Source: a virus
Lineage: Duplodnaviria > Heunggongvirae > Uroviricota > Caudoviricetes
Length of the DNA stretch: 64,000 nt
IMG/VR virus record: IMGVR_UViG_3300032731_000668
Location: 64,001 to 128,000 of that record
Reading direction: 5' to 3' (one strand)
The position numbers and the translations under genes were made by a program. Below the pieces are notes generated by a model that made no database searches, was not told where the DNA came from, and worked only from the letters and a program-made list of their open reading frames with translations. Every line of letters starts with the position of its first letter. Position 1 is the stretch's first letter. This document shows, piece after piece, positions 29,087 to 39,300 of the stretch.

Positions 29087-29115
29087 TTGACAAAAATAAA
29101 ATTGTATGGTATAAT
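29087..29115 (+). promoter_or_regulatory. Sigma70/A promoter
   Basis: TTGACA-N17-TATAAT with TG. Confidence 0.88.
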
Positions 29116-29151
29116 CTAAATTAGAATTCAGAAGGAAAAGGAAAAGGAAAA

Positions 29152-29916
29152 ATGGAAAAAGGCTTTGTACATTATAAACGTCCTACTCTTATACCAGAAC
29201 TATACAACTATGTTTGGTATAACGCAATGATAGGAAAATCAAATGTTTTAAATGAAAGTGACTATAATTCACTTCCGGTTTGGAAGCGTGGATTAATTCA
29301 TACCCCGTCTTTAAAAGAAGGGGCAACAATTCAAGAAAATGGTTCATTCTTTAAAGAACTGCTTGATCAACTTACCGTCTCAGCAGTAAATCAAGGAGCA
29401 CCTGTTTTAATTGATATGTTTGCAGGCGATGTTGCTTATAGGATTAACGGACAACTAGGACTGGTTTTTGAATATGTGGGGTATATAAAAGATCATTGGG
29501 TTGGACTAACAAAAAAACCGCTATTGCGTCTAAACCAAGGACAATGGGATGCTTATTGCAACGACAACCTAAAGTTAACACAAGGGTTATTAGATGTAGT
29601 GGATGTCCTTGTTGTAGCTCCAAACTCACCCCGTCCTCCTGTTTGGCTACATCTTTCAAATGTGACGTGGCTTGAGTATTATTTAGGAATAGTCGCTCAC
29701 GACGAAAGTGGTCTGTGGAATGAGTCTCCATTAAACCCAGATGTCCCACCTGACGACCCACCAACGAACGACGACCCACCAACGAACGACGACCCACCAA
29801 CGAACGACGACTCACCAACAGTCGTTAGTATGGTTTTTCCAACAAGAACAACTATCAAAGGAAAAGTAGGTTGGAAAAATGTGAACCTTGAAGTAGAAAA
29901 TTTCTTCGATGAATAG
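29152..29916 (+). CDS. Hypothetical protein, possibly a degenerate GH25-fold protein with a DDPPTN linker
   Basis: Manual motif similarity to the endolysin at 51567..52460; catalytic acids not conserved. Confidence 0.45.
   Translation: MEKGFVHYKRPTLIPELYNYVWYNAMIGKSNVLNESDYNSLPVWKRGLIHTPSLKEGATIQENGSFFKELLDQLTVSAVNQGAPVLIDMFAGDVAYRINGQLGLVFEYVGYIKDHWVGLTKKPLLRLNQGQWDAYCNDNLKLTQGLLDVVDVLVVAPNSPRPPVWLHLSNVTWLEYYLGIVAHDESGLWNESPLNPDVPPDDPPTNDDPPTNDDPPTNDDSPTVVSMVFPTRTTIKGKVGWKNVNLEVENFFDE
29752..29820 (+). repeat. 18-bp coding tandem repeat (GACGACCCACCAACGAAC) x3 plus a partial copy
   Basis: Direct read; encodes DDPPTN. Confidence 0.95.
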
Positions 29917-29961
29917 AAAACATTAAAATCGATTATTGACTGTTCGTTATTCTCCTCCTTA

Positions 29962-30022
29962 TTGTCGTGTCCGTAAAAGTCGGATGATTACACCACAAAA
30001 TGTGCAAATCAGATCACGACAA
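29962..30022. ncRNA. Three-way-junction-like structured element
   Basis: TTGTCGTG/CACGACAA closing TCCG/CGGA and TGATT/AATCA+CAC/GTG stems. Confidence 0.55.
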
Positions 30023-30061
30023 ATAGAAAGAAATAAAAATCAAATAAAATGCAGATTTTAT

Positions 30062-30133
30062 TGGCGGTTCTTCTAAATGGAAAGAAATCGGGCTTTGATC
30101 CCGACAATAGTGGTTCAAATCCACTACTGCCAT
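30062..30133 (+). tRNA. tRNA-Gln(TTG), no encoded CCA
   Basis: U1-A72 acceptor TGGCGGT/ACTGCCA, loop CT-TTG-AT, T arm AGTGG-TTCAAAT-CCACT. Confidence 0.9.
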
Positions 30134-30134
30134 T

Positions 30135-30206
30135 ACAGATATGGTGCCAACAGTAACATAGGTGTTTACCAAACATCGGGTATGGATTCAAATTCCATTA
30201 TCCGCT
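30135..30206 (+). pseudogene. Decayed tRNA-Gly-like gene, anticodon ACC
   Basis: Acceptor ACAGATA/TATCCGC (two mismatches versus GCGGATA), loop TT-ACC-AA, T arm ATGGA-TTCAAAT-TCCAT, U73. Confidence 0.65.
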
Positions 30207-30225
30207 TTAGAATAAACTTTTACAT

Positions 30226-30298
30226 TGGAGTGTCGCATAACTGGCAATGCACGAAGCTGTTAACTTCGAAGATGATGGTTCAAATCCGTCCGCTCCAG
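30226..30298 (+). tRNA. tRNA-Asn(GTT), no encoded CCA
   Basis: TGGAGTG/CGCTCCA, D arm GCAT/ATGC, loop CT-GTT-AA, G73. Confidence 0.92.
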
Positions 30299-30384
30299 CT
30301 AAGTCTAGGTATGGCGCAACCGCAATTTGCTTCCGACTAGATTATCTCAAAATAAACATACAAAATATGAGATAAAATTAGGTA

Positions 30385-30413
30385 TTGACAAATATAAAAT
30401 AGTATGATATAAT
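30385..30413 (+). promoter_or_regulatory. Sigma70/A promoter of the replication block; palindrome immediately downstream
   Basis: TTGACA-N17-TATAAT with TG. Confidence 0.88.
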
Positions 30414-30464
30414 AGTGAAACACAATAAAATCGTTATTTTATTATAATATGAAAGGAAAAATAT

Positions 30465-31049
30465 ATGAAAAAAATAGAACATTTCAAAAAAGAACTTGAA
30501 TATATAAAAGATCCAAAAATTAAAGAGTTTGCTGAAAAAGCCATTGAAAGTCTGCCAAATTATTTTTTTGAAATACCCTCTTCGAGTTCTGGGCGTTATC
30601 ACCCCCAATATGCACTCAATAAAAGTGGGCTGATTCGCCATACGCGTGCATGTGTCATGTTTGCTATAGAATGTTTTAGGCTTGAATGGTACAATATGTT
30701 TACAGAAGATGATAAAGATTTAATTATTACAAGTTTATTGTTGCATGATGGATTTAAAAATGGAACCAATGGCTCAATATATACCGTAAAAAAACATCCA
30801 GTTATTGCATCTCAAAACATAAAACAAAATAATACTTTAAATGGAATTATATCGGAAGAGTATCGCAATACGATTTGTGACAATATATTAATTCATATGG
30901 GTGGATGGCGTTTTAGCAAAGGCGGTAAAGAAATAATGCCAATGCCCAAAACAAGAATGCAAAGACTAGTTCATTTTATTGATTATGTATGCAGTAGAAA
31001 AATGTTTGAGGTAAATTTTGATGTAAAAATAGAAAGAGAGGAGAAATAA
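30465..31049 (+). CDS. HD-domain phosphohydrolase
   Basis: SSGRYHP..GLIRHT; LLLHDGFK; HMG. Confidence 0.8.
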   Translation: MKKIEHFKKELEYIKDPKIKEFAEKAIESLPNYFFEIPSSSSGRYHPQYALNKSGLIRHTRACVMFAIECFRLEWYNMFTEDDKDLIITSLLLHDGFKNGTNGSIYTVKKHPVIASQNIKQNNTLNGIISEEYRNTICDNILIHMGGWRFSKGGKEIMPMPKTRMQRLVHFIDYVCSRKMFEVNFDVKIEREEK

Positions 31050-31129
31050 TGTTATGCAAAGAAACGGGTGATTATTCTGATGGTTTGACTAAAAAGAAAT
31101 AAATATAATAAATAAAGGAGATACGCAAA

Positions 31130-32110
31130 ATGGTTATGGAACTAAAACGAGCGCAACGTAAAAGCGCAAAACTAAAACTGGGGATAAGTAGCCCCTCCGG
31201 TGGCGGGAAAACTCTGGGCTCATTATTAATTGCTTATGGATTAATGAAAGAATCTCATCCAAAACTGTCTGACGAAGAAATATGGGCCAAAATTGCCATT
31301 ATAGATAGCGAAAATGGTTCCGGTGAACTATATGTTGGGGCAGAAGTCAAAAATCTTGTTATCGGTGAATATGCTGCCATTACGCTAACATCCCCGTTTA
31401 CTGCCGAAAAATATGTTCAAGCTATGGAAGTTTGCGAAGAAAACAACATGGAAGTCGCTATTATTGATAGCACAACACATCTTTGGAGTGGAACGGGTGG
31501 CTTGCTAGAGCAACAAGGAAATATTACGAAACGAACAGGAAATAGTTGGTCTGCATGGCGAGATATAACCCCTATGCACAACAAATTTATTGAGAAAATG
31601 CTTCAATGCAATATGCATGTTATTGCCACAATGAGATCTAAGACAAAATTCGTTCAGGAAAAAGGTTCTGACGGACGAACAATTGTTCGCAAAATTGGAT
31701 TAAATCCAATTCAGAAAGACGGGATGGAATTTGAGTTCACCACCTTCTTCGAAATAGACGCAGAACATAATGCATTTGGTTCAAAAGATAGAACAAATAC
31801 GTTTGATCAAGAATATTTTGTGATCACGCCCGATACTGGTAAGAAACTAATGAAATGGTTAAAGGGCGGAACAAGCAAAAAAACTAAAGTAATTGGTGTT
31901 GCTAAAGCAGATCCAAAAGAAGCATTAGCCGATATGCAAGGAGATGTCGTAGCTCTTTGTCAAGAATTAGGTGGAAGTAAAAATGAAGACCTAATGACTG
32001 TATTGAAGAAATACGAAAAGAATGGAAATCCAAACAAAATTAAAGATATTAAAAAGTTGAAAGAACTTCAAACAAAATTAAACGATATGAAAGAGGCCAA
32101 GAATGCTTAA
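31130..32110 (+). CDS. Sak4-like AAA ATPase (ssDNA-annealing recombinase)
   Basis: SPSGGGKT, IIDSENGSGELY, IIDSTTH.W, HVIATMRSK, EFEFT; followed by SSB. Confidence 0.82.
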   Translation: MVMELKRAQRKSAKLKLGISSPSGGGKTLGSLLIAYGLMKESHPKLSDEEIWAKIAIIDSENGSGELYVGAEVKNLVIGEYAAITLTSPFTAEKYVQAMEVCEENNMEVAIIDSTTHLWSGTGGLLEQQGNITKRTGNSWSAWRDITPMHNKFIEKMLQCNMHVIATMRSKTKFVQEKGSDGRTIVRKIGLNPIQKDGMEFEFTTFFEIDAEHNAFGSKDRTNTFDQEYFVITPDTGKKLMKWLKGGTSKKTKVIGVAKADPKEALADMQGDVVALCQELGGSKNEDLMTVLKKYEKNGNPNKIKDIKKLKELQTKLNDMKEAKNA

Positions 32111-32486
32111 CTTTAGTAATACACAAAGAGTAAAAATTTGGAAGATTGACAAAAAAAATAATTATGCAGAAGTACGTATGGGTAGCTCCCGAAAAGAAAA
32201 AGATTCAAAAGAATATAAAAACTCTACGTGGTCTTTCACAAGATTCGTTGGAACCGCATTTAAAAAGATCGATGAACTATCGGTAGATGACACCATTGTT
32301 TTAAAAGGTGCGGGCATTAAGTTAGAACCTTATACAGACAATGAAGGTAATGTAAAATATCCAAAATTTCCACAACTTGTAGTATTCAACTGGGAACCGT
32401 TTGCATATGAAGATAGTGGACAAACTTCGAGTGGAACCAAACCTCCTACCGTAGTAAGTTCTGACGATGAAGAACTTCCCTTCTAG
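32103..32486 (+). CDS. Single-stranded DNA-binding protein
   Basis: OB-fold-like sequence with acidic tail SSDDEELPF. Confidence 0.8.
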   Translation: MLNFSNTQRVKIWKIDKKNNYAEVRMGSSRKEKDSKEYKNSTWSFTRFVGTAFKKIDELSVDDTIVLKGAGIKLEPYTDNEGNVKYPKFPQLVVFNWEPFAYEDSGQTSSGTKPPTVVSSDDEELPF

Positions 32487-32512
32487 GTAGAATATTTGCA
32501 AGACAACAAGAT

Positions 32513-32546
32513 AAAGGGTTGGGCATAATCTCAACCCTTTTATTTT
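32513..32546 (+). terminator. Intrinsic terminator
   Basis: AAAGGGTTGGG-cataat-CTCAACCCTTT followed by T-rich tract. Confidence 0.75.
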
Positions 32547-32567
32547 ATAAAACTGAATGGAGAATAA

Positions 32568-34487
32568 ATGCTTGTAGATAAGCAATTGATTATTGATGCA
32601 AAAGAGAAAATAGGAGCAAAAGTGGCTCTTACCATAGCTAAAGATTTAGAATTAAAAGAATTCGATGAAATAAACTTAAAGTCATTATGCCCTTTTCATG
32701 ATGAAGATACTCCATCCTTTATTTGGAATCAACATTTAAATAATTTTCATTGTTTTGGTTGTCAAAAGAATTATGATATTATTGAACACTACATGTCTTT
32801 TTATAAAATAACATTTCTAGATGCCGCACAAAAACTTTTTGAAGAAACAGATACAGAATATGCTTTCGGCGAAAAAGGTGTTCAGAAATATAAAAATTAC
32901 AAGTATCCATTCTATGATAAAAATGATAATCGGAAAGACGTTGAAGATTATTTAAAAATAAGAAGAATATCAAAAGAAACATTAGATTATTGTGATGTTC
33001 AGCAAGATAATAATCACAATATTGTTTTTAATTTTTGTGATAGTAATGATGTACTTACATTAGTTAAATATCGTCCCGCAAAAAAAATTGAGCATGGCGA
33101 AACAAAGTCATGGTGTCAACCAGAATCTAGCACCAAACCAATATTGTTCAATATGAATAGAATAGATGTAACTAAACCGCTCTTAATTAACGAAGGGGAA
33201 ATTGATTGTCTTGCATCAATAGAATCGGGTTATACAAACTCCGTATCTATTCCCCTAGGGGCAGGAAATACAGGATGGATTGAAGAAAATTTTGAGTGGC
33301 TTGAACAGTTTGACAAAATAATTATATGGTCAGATAATGATGTCTCTGGAATGAAGATGCGCAAAGAAGTTTGTTCAAGATTAGGAATGTGGAGAACTTT
33401 TTATGTAGATTTACCACAGACACTTAAGAATGAAGACGGGAAAGATATTAGGGTAAAAGACACTAATGAAGTTTTATTCTTTTTTGGAAAAGGAAAAGTT
33501 ATAGATCTTATTGAAAATGCCCAAGATTTTCCGATCGATGGGGTTATCAACTTAGCAAGAGTGGAGCCTTTTGATTTAGAGGCTGCCCCTGGTCTTTACA
33601 CGGGATTAAAAAATGTCGATAATATTATATATAAATTTCTTTTCGGCAGTGTTTTAATGGTAACTGGAAGAACAGGGTCGGGCAAAAGTGCTCTTATTAG
33701 TCAACTATTTATTTGCGAACCATTGAATCAAGGACATGATGTTTTTATATATTCAGGTGAATTGGGTAAAGATCTTGTTCAGTCGTGGTTAGAACTTTCA
33801 ATGGCTGGTCCAGAAAAAATTAAGATGAGAGATAGAGATATTCACGTTGTTGACGGTCGGGCAATAGAAGAGATGCATAATTGGTACGACGAAAGAGTTT
33901 GGCTATATGAAAAAAATAGCAATAGTTCTGAAGACATTCTTGAAAGAGCCGTTGCATCTATTCGCAAGTACGGTGTAAAAGTAATACTGTTAGACAACTT
34001 GATGTCTATTGATATTGATGCAGATAGTCAAAGCTTAAACCAAAAGCAAAAAGAATTTCTCAACAAATTGAACCAATTGGCTCTATTATATAACGTGTTG
34101 GTAGTTTTAGTTGCTCATCCAAAAAAATTTCAAAGTGGAACTGATTTGTCAATTGACGATATATCTGGCGCAAGCGAAATGCCAAATACTGCACAATATG
34201 TGATGGCAGTAAAACGTTATTGGAAAAAAGATAAGGATGGCATAAAAAAACAAAACGGAAGAGGATATGTTGTCCAGCCCACCGAGTATGACGGAGAAAT
34301 TACGATTAAGAAAAATAGATACACCGGACGAGTTGGAAAGGTTGACCTATTTTTTGACTATCCTAGTTACAGGTTTTATAATACTCCAAAAGAACTTTGG
34401 AAACGATATAAATGGAATAAGGATAAAAGTCCTTTGCCCACACATGACCCAAATAAACATTCAATAATGCCTGAAGAAATGGAGTAA
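32568..34487 (+). CDS. Fused primase-helicase (Zn-finger, TOPRIM, DnaB-like)
   Basis: CPFHDEDTPSF..CFGC; INEGEIDCLA; DND..G; TGRTGSGKS; LLDNLM; LVAHP; KNRYTG. Confidence 0.92.
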   Translation: MLVDKQLIIDAKEKIGAKVALTIAKDLELKEFDEINLKSLCPFHDEDTPSFIWNQHLNNFHCFGCQKNYDIIEHYMSFYKITFLDAAQKLFEETDTEYAFGEKGVQKYKNYKYPFYDKNDNRKDVEDYLKIRRISKETLDYCDVQQDNNHNIVFNFCDSNDVLTLVKYRPAKKIEHGETKSWCQPESSTKPILFNMNRIDVTKPLLINEGEIDCLASIESGYTNSVSIPLGAGNTGWIEENFEWLEQFDKIIIWSDNDVSGMKMRKEVCSRLGMWRTFYVDLPQTLKNEDGKDIRVKDTNEVLFFFGKGKVIDLIENAQDFPIDGVINLARVEPFDLEAAPGLYTGLKNVDNIIYKFLFGSVLMVTGRTGSGKSALISQLFICEPLNQGHDVFIYSGELGKDLVQSWLELSMAGPEKIKMRDRDIHVVDGRAIEEMHNWYDERVWLYEKNSNSSEDILERAVASIRKYGVKVILLDNLMSIDIDADSQSLNQKQKEFLNKLNQLALLYNVLVVLVAHPKKFQSGTDLSIDDISGASEMPNTAQYVMAVKRYWKKDKDGIKKQNGRGYVVQPTEYDGEITIKKNRYTGRVGKVDLFFDYPSYRFYNTPKELWKRYKWNKDKSPLPTHDPNKHSIMPEEME

Positions 34488-34488
34488 A

Positions 34489-35460
34489 ATGAAAAAATAT
34501 AATAGTGGTATTTACAAAATACAAAACCTTCTTGACAGAAAAATATATTTTGGCGGCGGAATTTTAAAAGCAAGAGAATATTATAATTTTTATGGATTAA
34601 AAAGAAATATTCATCATAATTCCAACCTTCAAAAAGCATATAATAAAGATGGAAAAGAAAACTTTGAATTTATTACGCTTTTATATTGTGAACCAGATGA
34701 ACTTATTAGGTATGAACAATTTTTTGTTGATAAATATAGACGTTCTGGATTATTATACAATATTTATTTAGACGATGTTAGCCGTGGTTTAGGAACTAAA
34801 AGACCTTATAAAGTAAGACAGCGAATGTCAATAGCAAAAAATGGAAAATACAACGGAGTAAAAAATCCATTTTATGGCATGAAACATACGGATGAAACTA
34901 AAGCACGAATATCCGAAGCAACCAGAGGGATAAACAGCGGCAACATCATTAAGAAAAAAGTCATATTAAAAATACGCAAAATGCTTATTGAAGGTCTTCT
35001 TCAGAAAGATATTATGATAAAACTCAATATTAGTAGAGGAACAATTTATCGAACAAAAATAGGGTTTTATGATAAGATATATAATTTACCCAAGAAACAA
35101 TATACGCCAAAAGCACCTGTTGTTGAAAAAAACGATATATTAAAAGTCCGCGATATGCTTGCCTCAGGAATGTTCCAAAAAGACGTTGCGCAAAAAATCA
35201 ACAGAAGCGAGTCTACAATACGTAAAATTAAAAATGGTGATTATGATAAAAAGTATGGTTTGACGAAAATAAAGTGGATCAACACAACCCGTTTTATAAA
35301 AAAAGAGATTGTGTTATGTATAATAAAAAAACTTAATCTTGGAATAACCCAAAAAAATATCGCAAAGCAACTAAATATTAGTCAATCCACCATAAGCAAA
35401 GTTAAAAGGGGATTTTATAATAATACTTATAATTTAGAGGACATTAATGACAAACAATAA
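34489..35460 (+). CDS. GIY-YIG homing endonuclease with three C-terminal HTH modules
   Basis: SGIYKIQN..IYFGGG; RYEQ; three K..V/IL.I...L..G..QK.I units. Confidence 0.85.
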   Translation: MKKYNSGIYKIQNLLDRKIYFGGGILKAREYYNFYGLKRNIHHNSNLQKAYNKDGKENFEFITLLYCEPDELIRYEQFFVDKYRRSGLLYNIYLDDVSRGLGTKRPYKVRQRMSIAKNGKYNGVKNPFYGMKHTDETKARISEATRGINSGNIIKKKVILKIRKMLIEGLLQKDIMIKLNISRGTIYRTKIGFYDKIYNLPKKQYTPKAPVVEKNDILKVRDMLASGMFQKDVAQKINRSESTIRKIKNGDYDKKYGLTKIKWINTTRFIKKEIVLCIIKKLNLGITQKNIAKQLNISQSTISKVKRGFYNNTYNLEDINDKQ

Positions 35461-36229
35461 TTATGATTTTATATTAAAAAATAGGCGATGGTCATTTTCA
35501 AGTGTCAACAGCTTTAAAACATGTCCGATGGGTTTCAAACTCACTTACATTAACGATGAAGAAAGAGAGGGGAATATTTTCGCGGATTTCGGTTTACTTA
35601 TTCACTTTGTTCTCGAATCATTTTTTCTAAATGAATTAGAAGTATGGGATCTTCTTCAATATTATGTTGATAATTTTGATGAATTCTTAAAGTCAATCCC
35701 GCCCGCATTTCCTAAAAATATGTTAGATATTTATTATCAAGCAGGATTAAAATATTTTGAAAATTTTGGTTTTGATAAATCTTTGTACGAAGTTATTTCT
35801 GTAGAAGAAACAATTGACTCAAGTTACCACGATTTCGAACTAGTCACAAAACCTGATCTTATACTCAAAGAATTATCTACTAGCGAATATCACTTGATTG
35901 ATTTTAAAACCGCAAGACTTAAAAAAAGTTCTAAGGATAAAGAAAAACAATTAAGCACATATATGAATCAATTTAATCTATATAGCTACTTTTTTGAGCA
36001 AGAAAAAGGAATTCATATTGATAAAATAATTATTTGGTTTATTAGAGATGGGATTGAAGTTGTCAAAGAAGTAATTTCTTCCGATGTTCAAGAAACACTA
36101 TTATGGTTTGAAAATACTGTTAATCAGGCTATCAAAGAAGAAGAGTGGATAGCGAAAGATAATGGCTACTTTTGTAAGGAAATTTGTTCGATGCGAAATT
36201 TCTGTCCTGCAAGGGCTAATTTTGCATAA
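35447..36229 (+). CDS. PD-(D/E)XK (RecB/Cas4-like) exonuclease
   Basis: WSFSSV..F.TCP; G.LIH; KPDL; LIDFKT; Q..LY; FC..ICSMR.FC. Confidence 0.88.
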   Translation: MTNNNYDFILKNRRWSFSSVNSFKTCPMGFKLTYINDEEREGNIFADFGLLIHFVLESFFLNELEVWDLLQYYVDNFDEFLKSIPPAFPKNMLDIYYQAGLKYFENFGFDKSLYEVISVEETIDSSYHDFELVTKPDLILKELSTSEYHLIDFKTARLKKSSKDKEKQLSTYMNQFNLYSYFFEQEKGIHIDKIIIWFIRDGIEVVKEVISSDVQETLLWFENTVNQAIKEEEWIAKDNGYFCKEICSMRNFCPARANFA

Positions 36230-36243
36230 CACAAGCAAAAATG

Positions 36244-36269
36244 ACCTCTTAGAATCATCTCTAAGAGGT
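36244..36269. terminator. Hairpin, probable terminator
   Basis: ACCTCTTAGA-atcatc-TCTAAGAGGT. Confidence 0.65.
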
Positions 36270-36307
36270 TTAAATAAATATAGGCATATATTCATATCAA
36301 TAAAACC

Positions 36308-36336
36308 TTGACAGAATATTGATATTATGGTATATT
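36308..36336 (+). promoter_or_regulatory. Sigma70/A promoter of dnaE
   Basis: TTGACA-N17-TATATT with TG. Confidence 0.8.
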
Positions 36337-36359
36337 TATAAAATAGGAAGAATATAAAA

Positions 36360-39300
36360 ATGAATTATGTAAATTACCATCGACATTCCTATTATAGCAA
36401 TATAATCATATCGGATTCGACTGTCTCGCCAGAAGACTATGCAAAACGCGCAATAGAACTTAATCAAACAGTCCTATCTTCATGTGAACATGGCTCACCA
36501 GGAAGATACATTGAGTCATATGAATTGGCTAAACAACATAATCTCAAATTCTTATTTGCTACAGAAGCATATTTCGTCAAAGATAGAACTGAAAAAGATA
36601 GAACAAATGCACACATAGTTCTTTTGGCTAAAAATGAATTCGGTAGAAAGGCAATCAATCGAGTTCTTTCAGAGTCTAACTTGACTGGATTTTATTATAG
36701 ACCAAGAATAGACATGGAATTACTTTTATCTTTACCTTCGGATGATGTATGGATCACCACAGCTTGTTTGGCGGGACTCTGGCAATACGAAGATTATGAA
36801 GAATTGATTTTGAAAATATCAAAACATTTTGGAAAAAATTTCTTTTTAGAAGTTCAATACCATCATACTGAAAGTCAAGTAGAATTAAATAAAAAAATTA
36901 TTAATTTATCTAATAAACATAATATAAGTATCATATTCGGAACAGACTCTCATTATATTTATCCTGATCAAGCACAAGAAAGAGATGATTATCTTTTATC
37001 AAAACATATTGAATATGAGGATGAAGATGGATGGTTCTTAGATTATCCACCTTGTGATACGGCAATAAAAAGATTTCAAAAACAGGGAGTGCTTAATAAG
37101 TACCAAATTGAAGAAGCAATTAATAATACAAATATATTTAATGAAGTTGAAGTTTATGATTCCATAATTTTTAACACTGATATGAAGCTTCCTTCGCTCT
37201 ATCCTCATTTAATCCAAGAAGATAAAAATAAGATGTTGTCCGATTTAGTTTGGCTTAAGTGGGATGAAGAAAAAGATAAAATAGTTCAAAGCGATTGGAT
37301 GATGTATAAATCCGAAATTGAAAAAGAATTGTCCATTATTCTTGAAACAGGTATGGCGGACTATTTCTTATTAGATTATGAAATAATAAAAAAAGGTAAA
37401 GAAATGGGTGGGCATTTAACTCTTACGGGAAGAGGGAGTGGACCAAGTTTTTATATATCTAAACTCCTTGACTTTACAACAATCGATCGCATATCTTCAA
37501 AAGTAAAATTATTCCCTGAAAGATTTATTACCAAAGAACGTATTTTAGAAACAGGGAGTTTACCTGATATTGATTTCAATATCGGCAATCCCGAAATTTT
37601 TATACAGGCTCAAACCGAAATCATGGGTGAAGATCATTCATATCCTATGTTAGTCTATGGGACAATTCGCCCCAAATCAGCATGGAAATTATATGCCAGA
37701 GCAGTAAATATTGATTTTGAAACCGCCAATCAAGTGTCTGAAAAAATTGGCGAATATGAAAAAGCGCTTATTTATTCAGAAGAAGATGAAAAAGAAGATG
37801 TAGATATTTTTGATTATATAGATCGTCAATATAGAAACTCATATCAAGAAAGTACAAAATATTTAGGTGTTGTCGCGCAAGCAGGTGTTCATCCTTGTGC
37901 TCATCTCATATTTAATCAGAACATAAAAGAAGAAATAGGTTTAATTAGAATCAAAAATAATATATGTTGTTTGATGGATGGCGACTGGTCTGAAAGATAT
38001 AGTTTTCTTAAAAATGATTTACTCAAAGTAAATGTTGTAGAATTAATTCACCGAGTTTATAAACGCATTAAGGTAGAACCCCACCCATTGCCCGAACTTA
38101 TAGAAATATGTAAAGACAATAAAAAGGTATGGAATGTTTATGCAAGTGCTTGGACGATGGGGATCAATCAAGTGGAACCAACAACAACAGCCGGACGAGT
38201 AGCAAAGTACAAGCCAACAAATATCTCAGAAGTTTCGGCTTTTGTCGCTGCAATTAGACCTGGATTTAAAAGTAATTATAAACAATTCGAGTCAAGAGAA
38301 CAATTTTCATATGGCATTCCTTCGCTAGACTCTATAATTCAAACAAAAGAATTTCCTCAAAGTTATTTGCTTTATCAAGAAAACGCTATGCAAGTACTTG
38401 GTTATGCAGGAATTCCAATGCATGAAACATACGACATTATAAAAAATATTGCTAAAAAGCGTTATGAAAAAATTCGTAAATATAAAGATATTTTCTTATC
38501 TGGAATGACTGAAAAAATTATTGTTTTAGAAAATAAGACAAGAAAAGAAGCAGACAAAATTGCCCATATGACTTGGCAAATTGTTGACGATAGTTCGCGG
38601 TATAGTTTTAATAGTTCTCATGCGTATAGTGTTGCGGGAGATTCTTTATATGGGGCATATTTAAAGTCACATTATCCTGTTGAATTCTATGAAGTATTAT
38701 TGAATATACTTGAAGAGTCTGGAGATAAAAACAGGTTGTCAAAAACTATTGCCGAGGCAGAAAGAGCATACGGAATAAAATTTCCTCGTCTTAAGTTTGG
38801 ACAGGATAATAGACATATCAAAGGTGATTCCAAAACAAAAGAAATTACACCTAGTTTAAAAACCATTAAAGGATTTGGAAGTAAAATTGGTGAAAACTTA
38901 TATTTGTTAGGACAAAGTAATTATAATTCATTTTTAGATTTTCTTATAGATGCAGAAGAAAAAGGTTATAAGAGCAAGAAATATGAATCTCTAATAAAAA
39001 TTAATTATTTTGATATGTTTGGTGGAAACCTAAAACTTTTAAAAATATTTGATGAATTTACTTCCGGTAAAAGCAGGTATTCTCGAAAACATACAGATAA
39101 AACAAAAGAAAAAAGAATTATTGGTTTACGGGAATTTAGTGATAAAGCAAAAGATGAAAAACTTCCTATTATAGAGCAAATAATATCTGATCAAGAAATA
39201 TTGGGATATGTTAATACAATATATCCTAATATTGATAAAAGATATATAATTGTACAATCTCTTAGTCTGAAATTCGCCCCGCGTGCTTCTGTGTACTGCC

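Noticed and set aside
29444-29818. Minus-strand ORF with SLVGRR repeats
   Set aside because: Antisense shadow of the 18-bp DDPPTN repeat.
30302-30345. 7-bp stem AGTCTAG/CTAGATT after tRNA-Asn as another tRNA
   Set aside because: No T arm or anticodon arm; at most a remnant.
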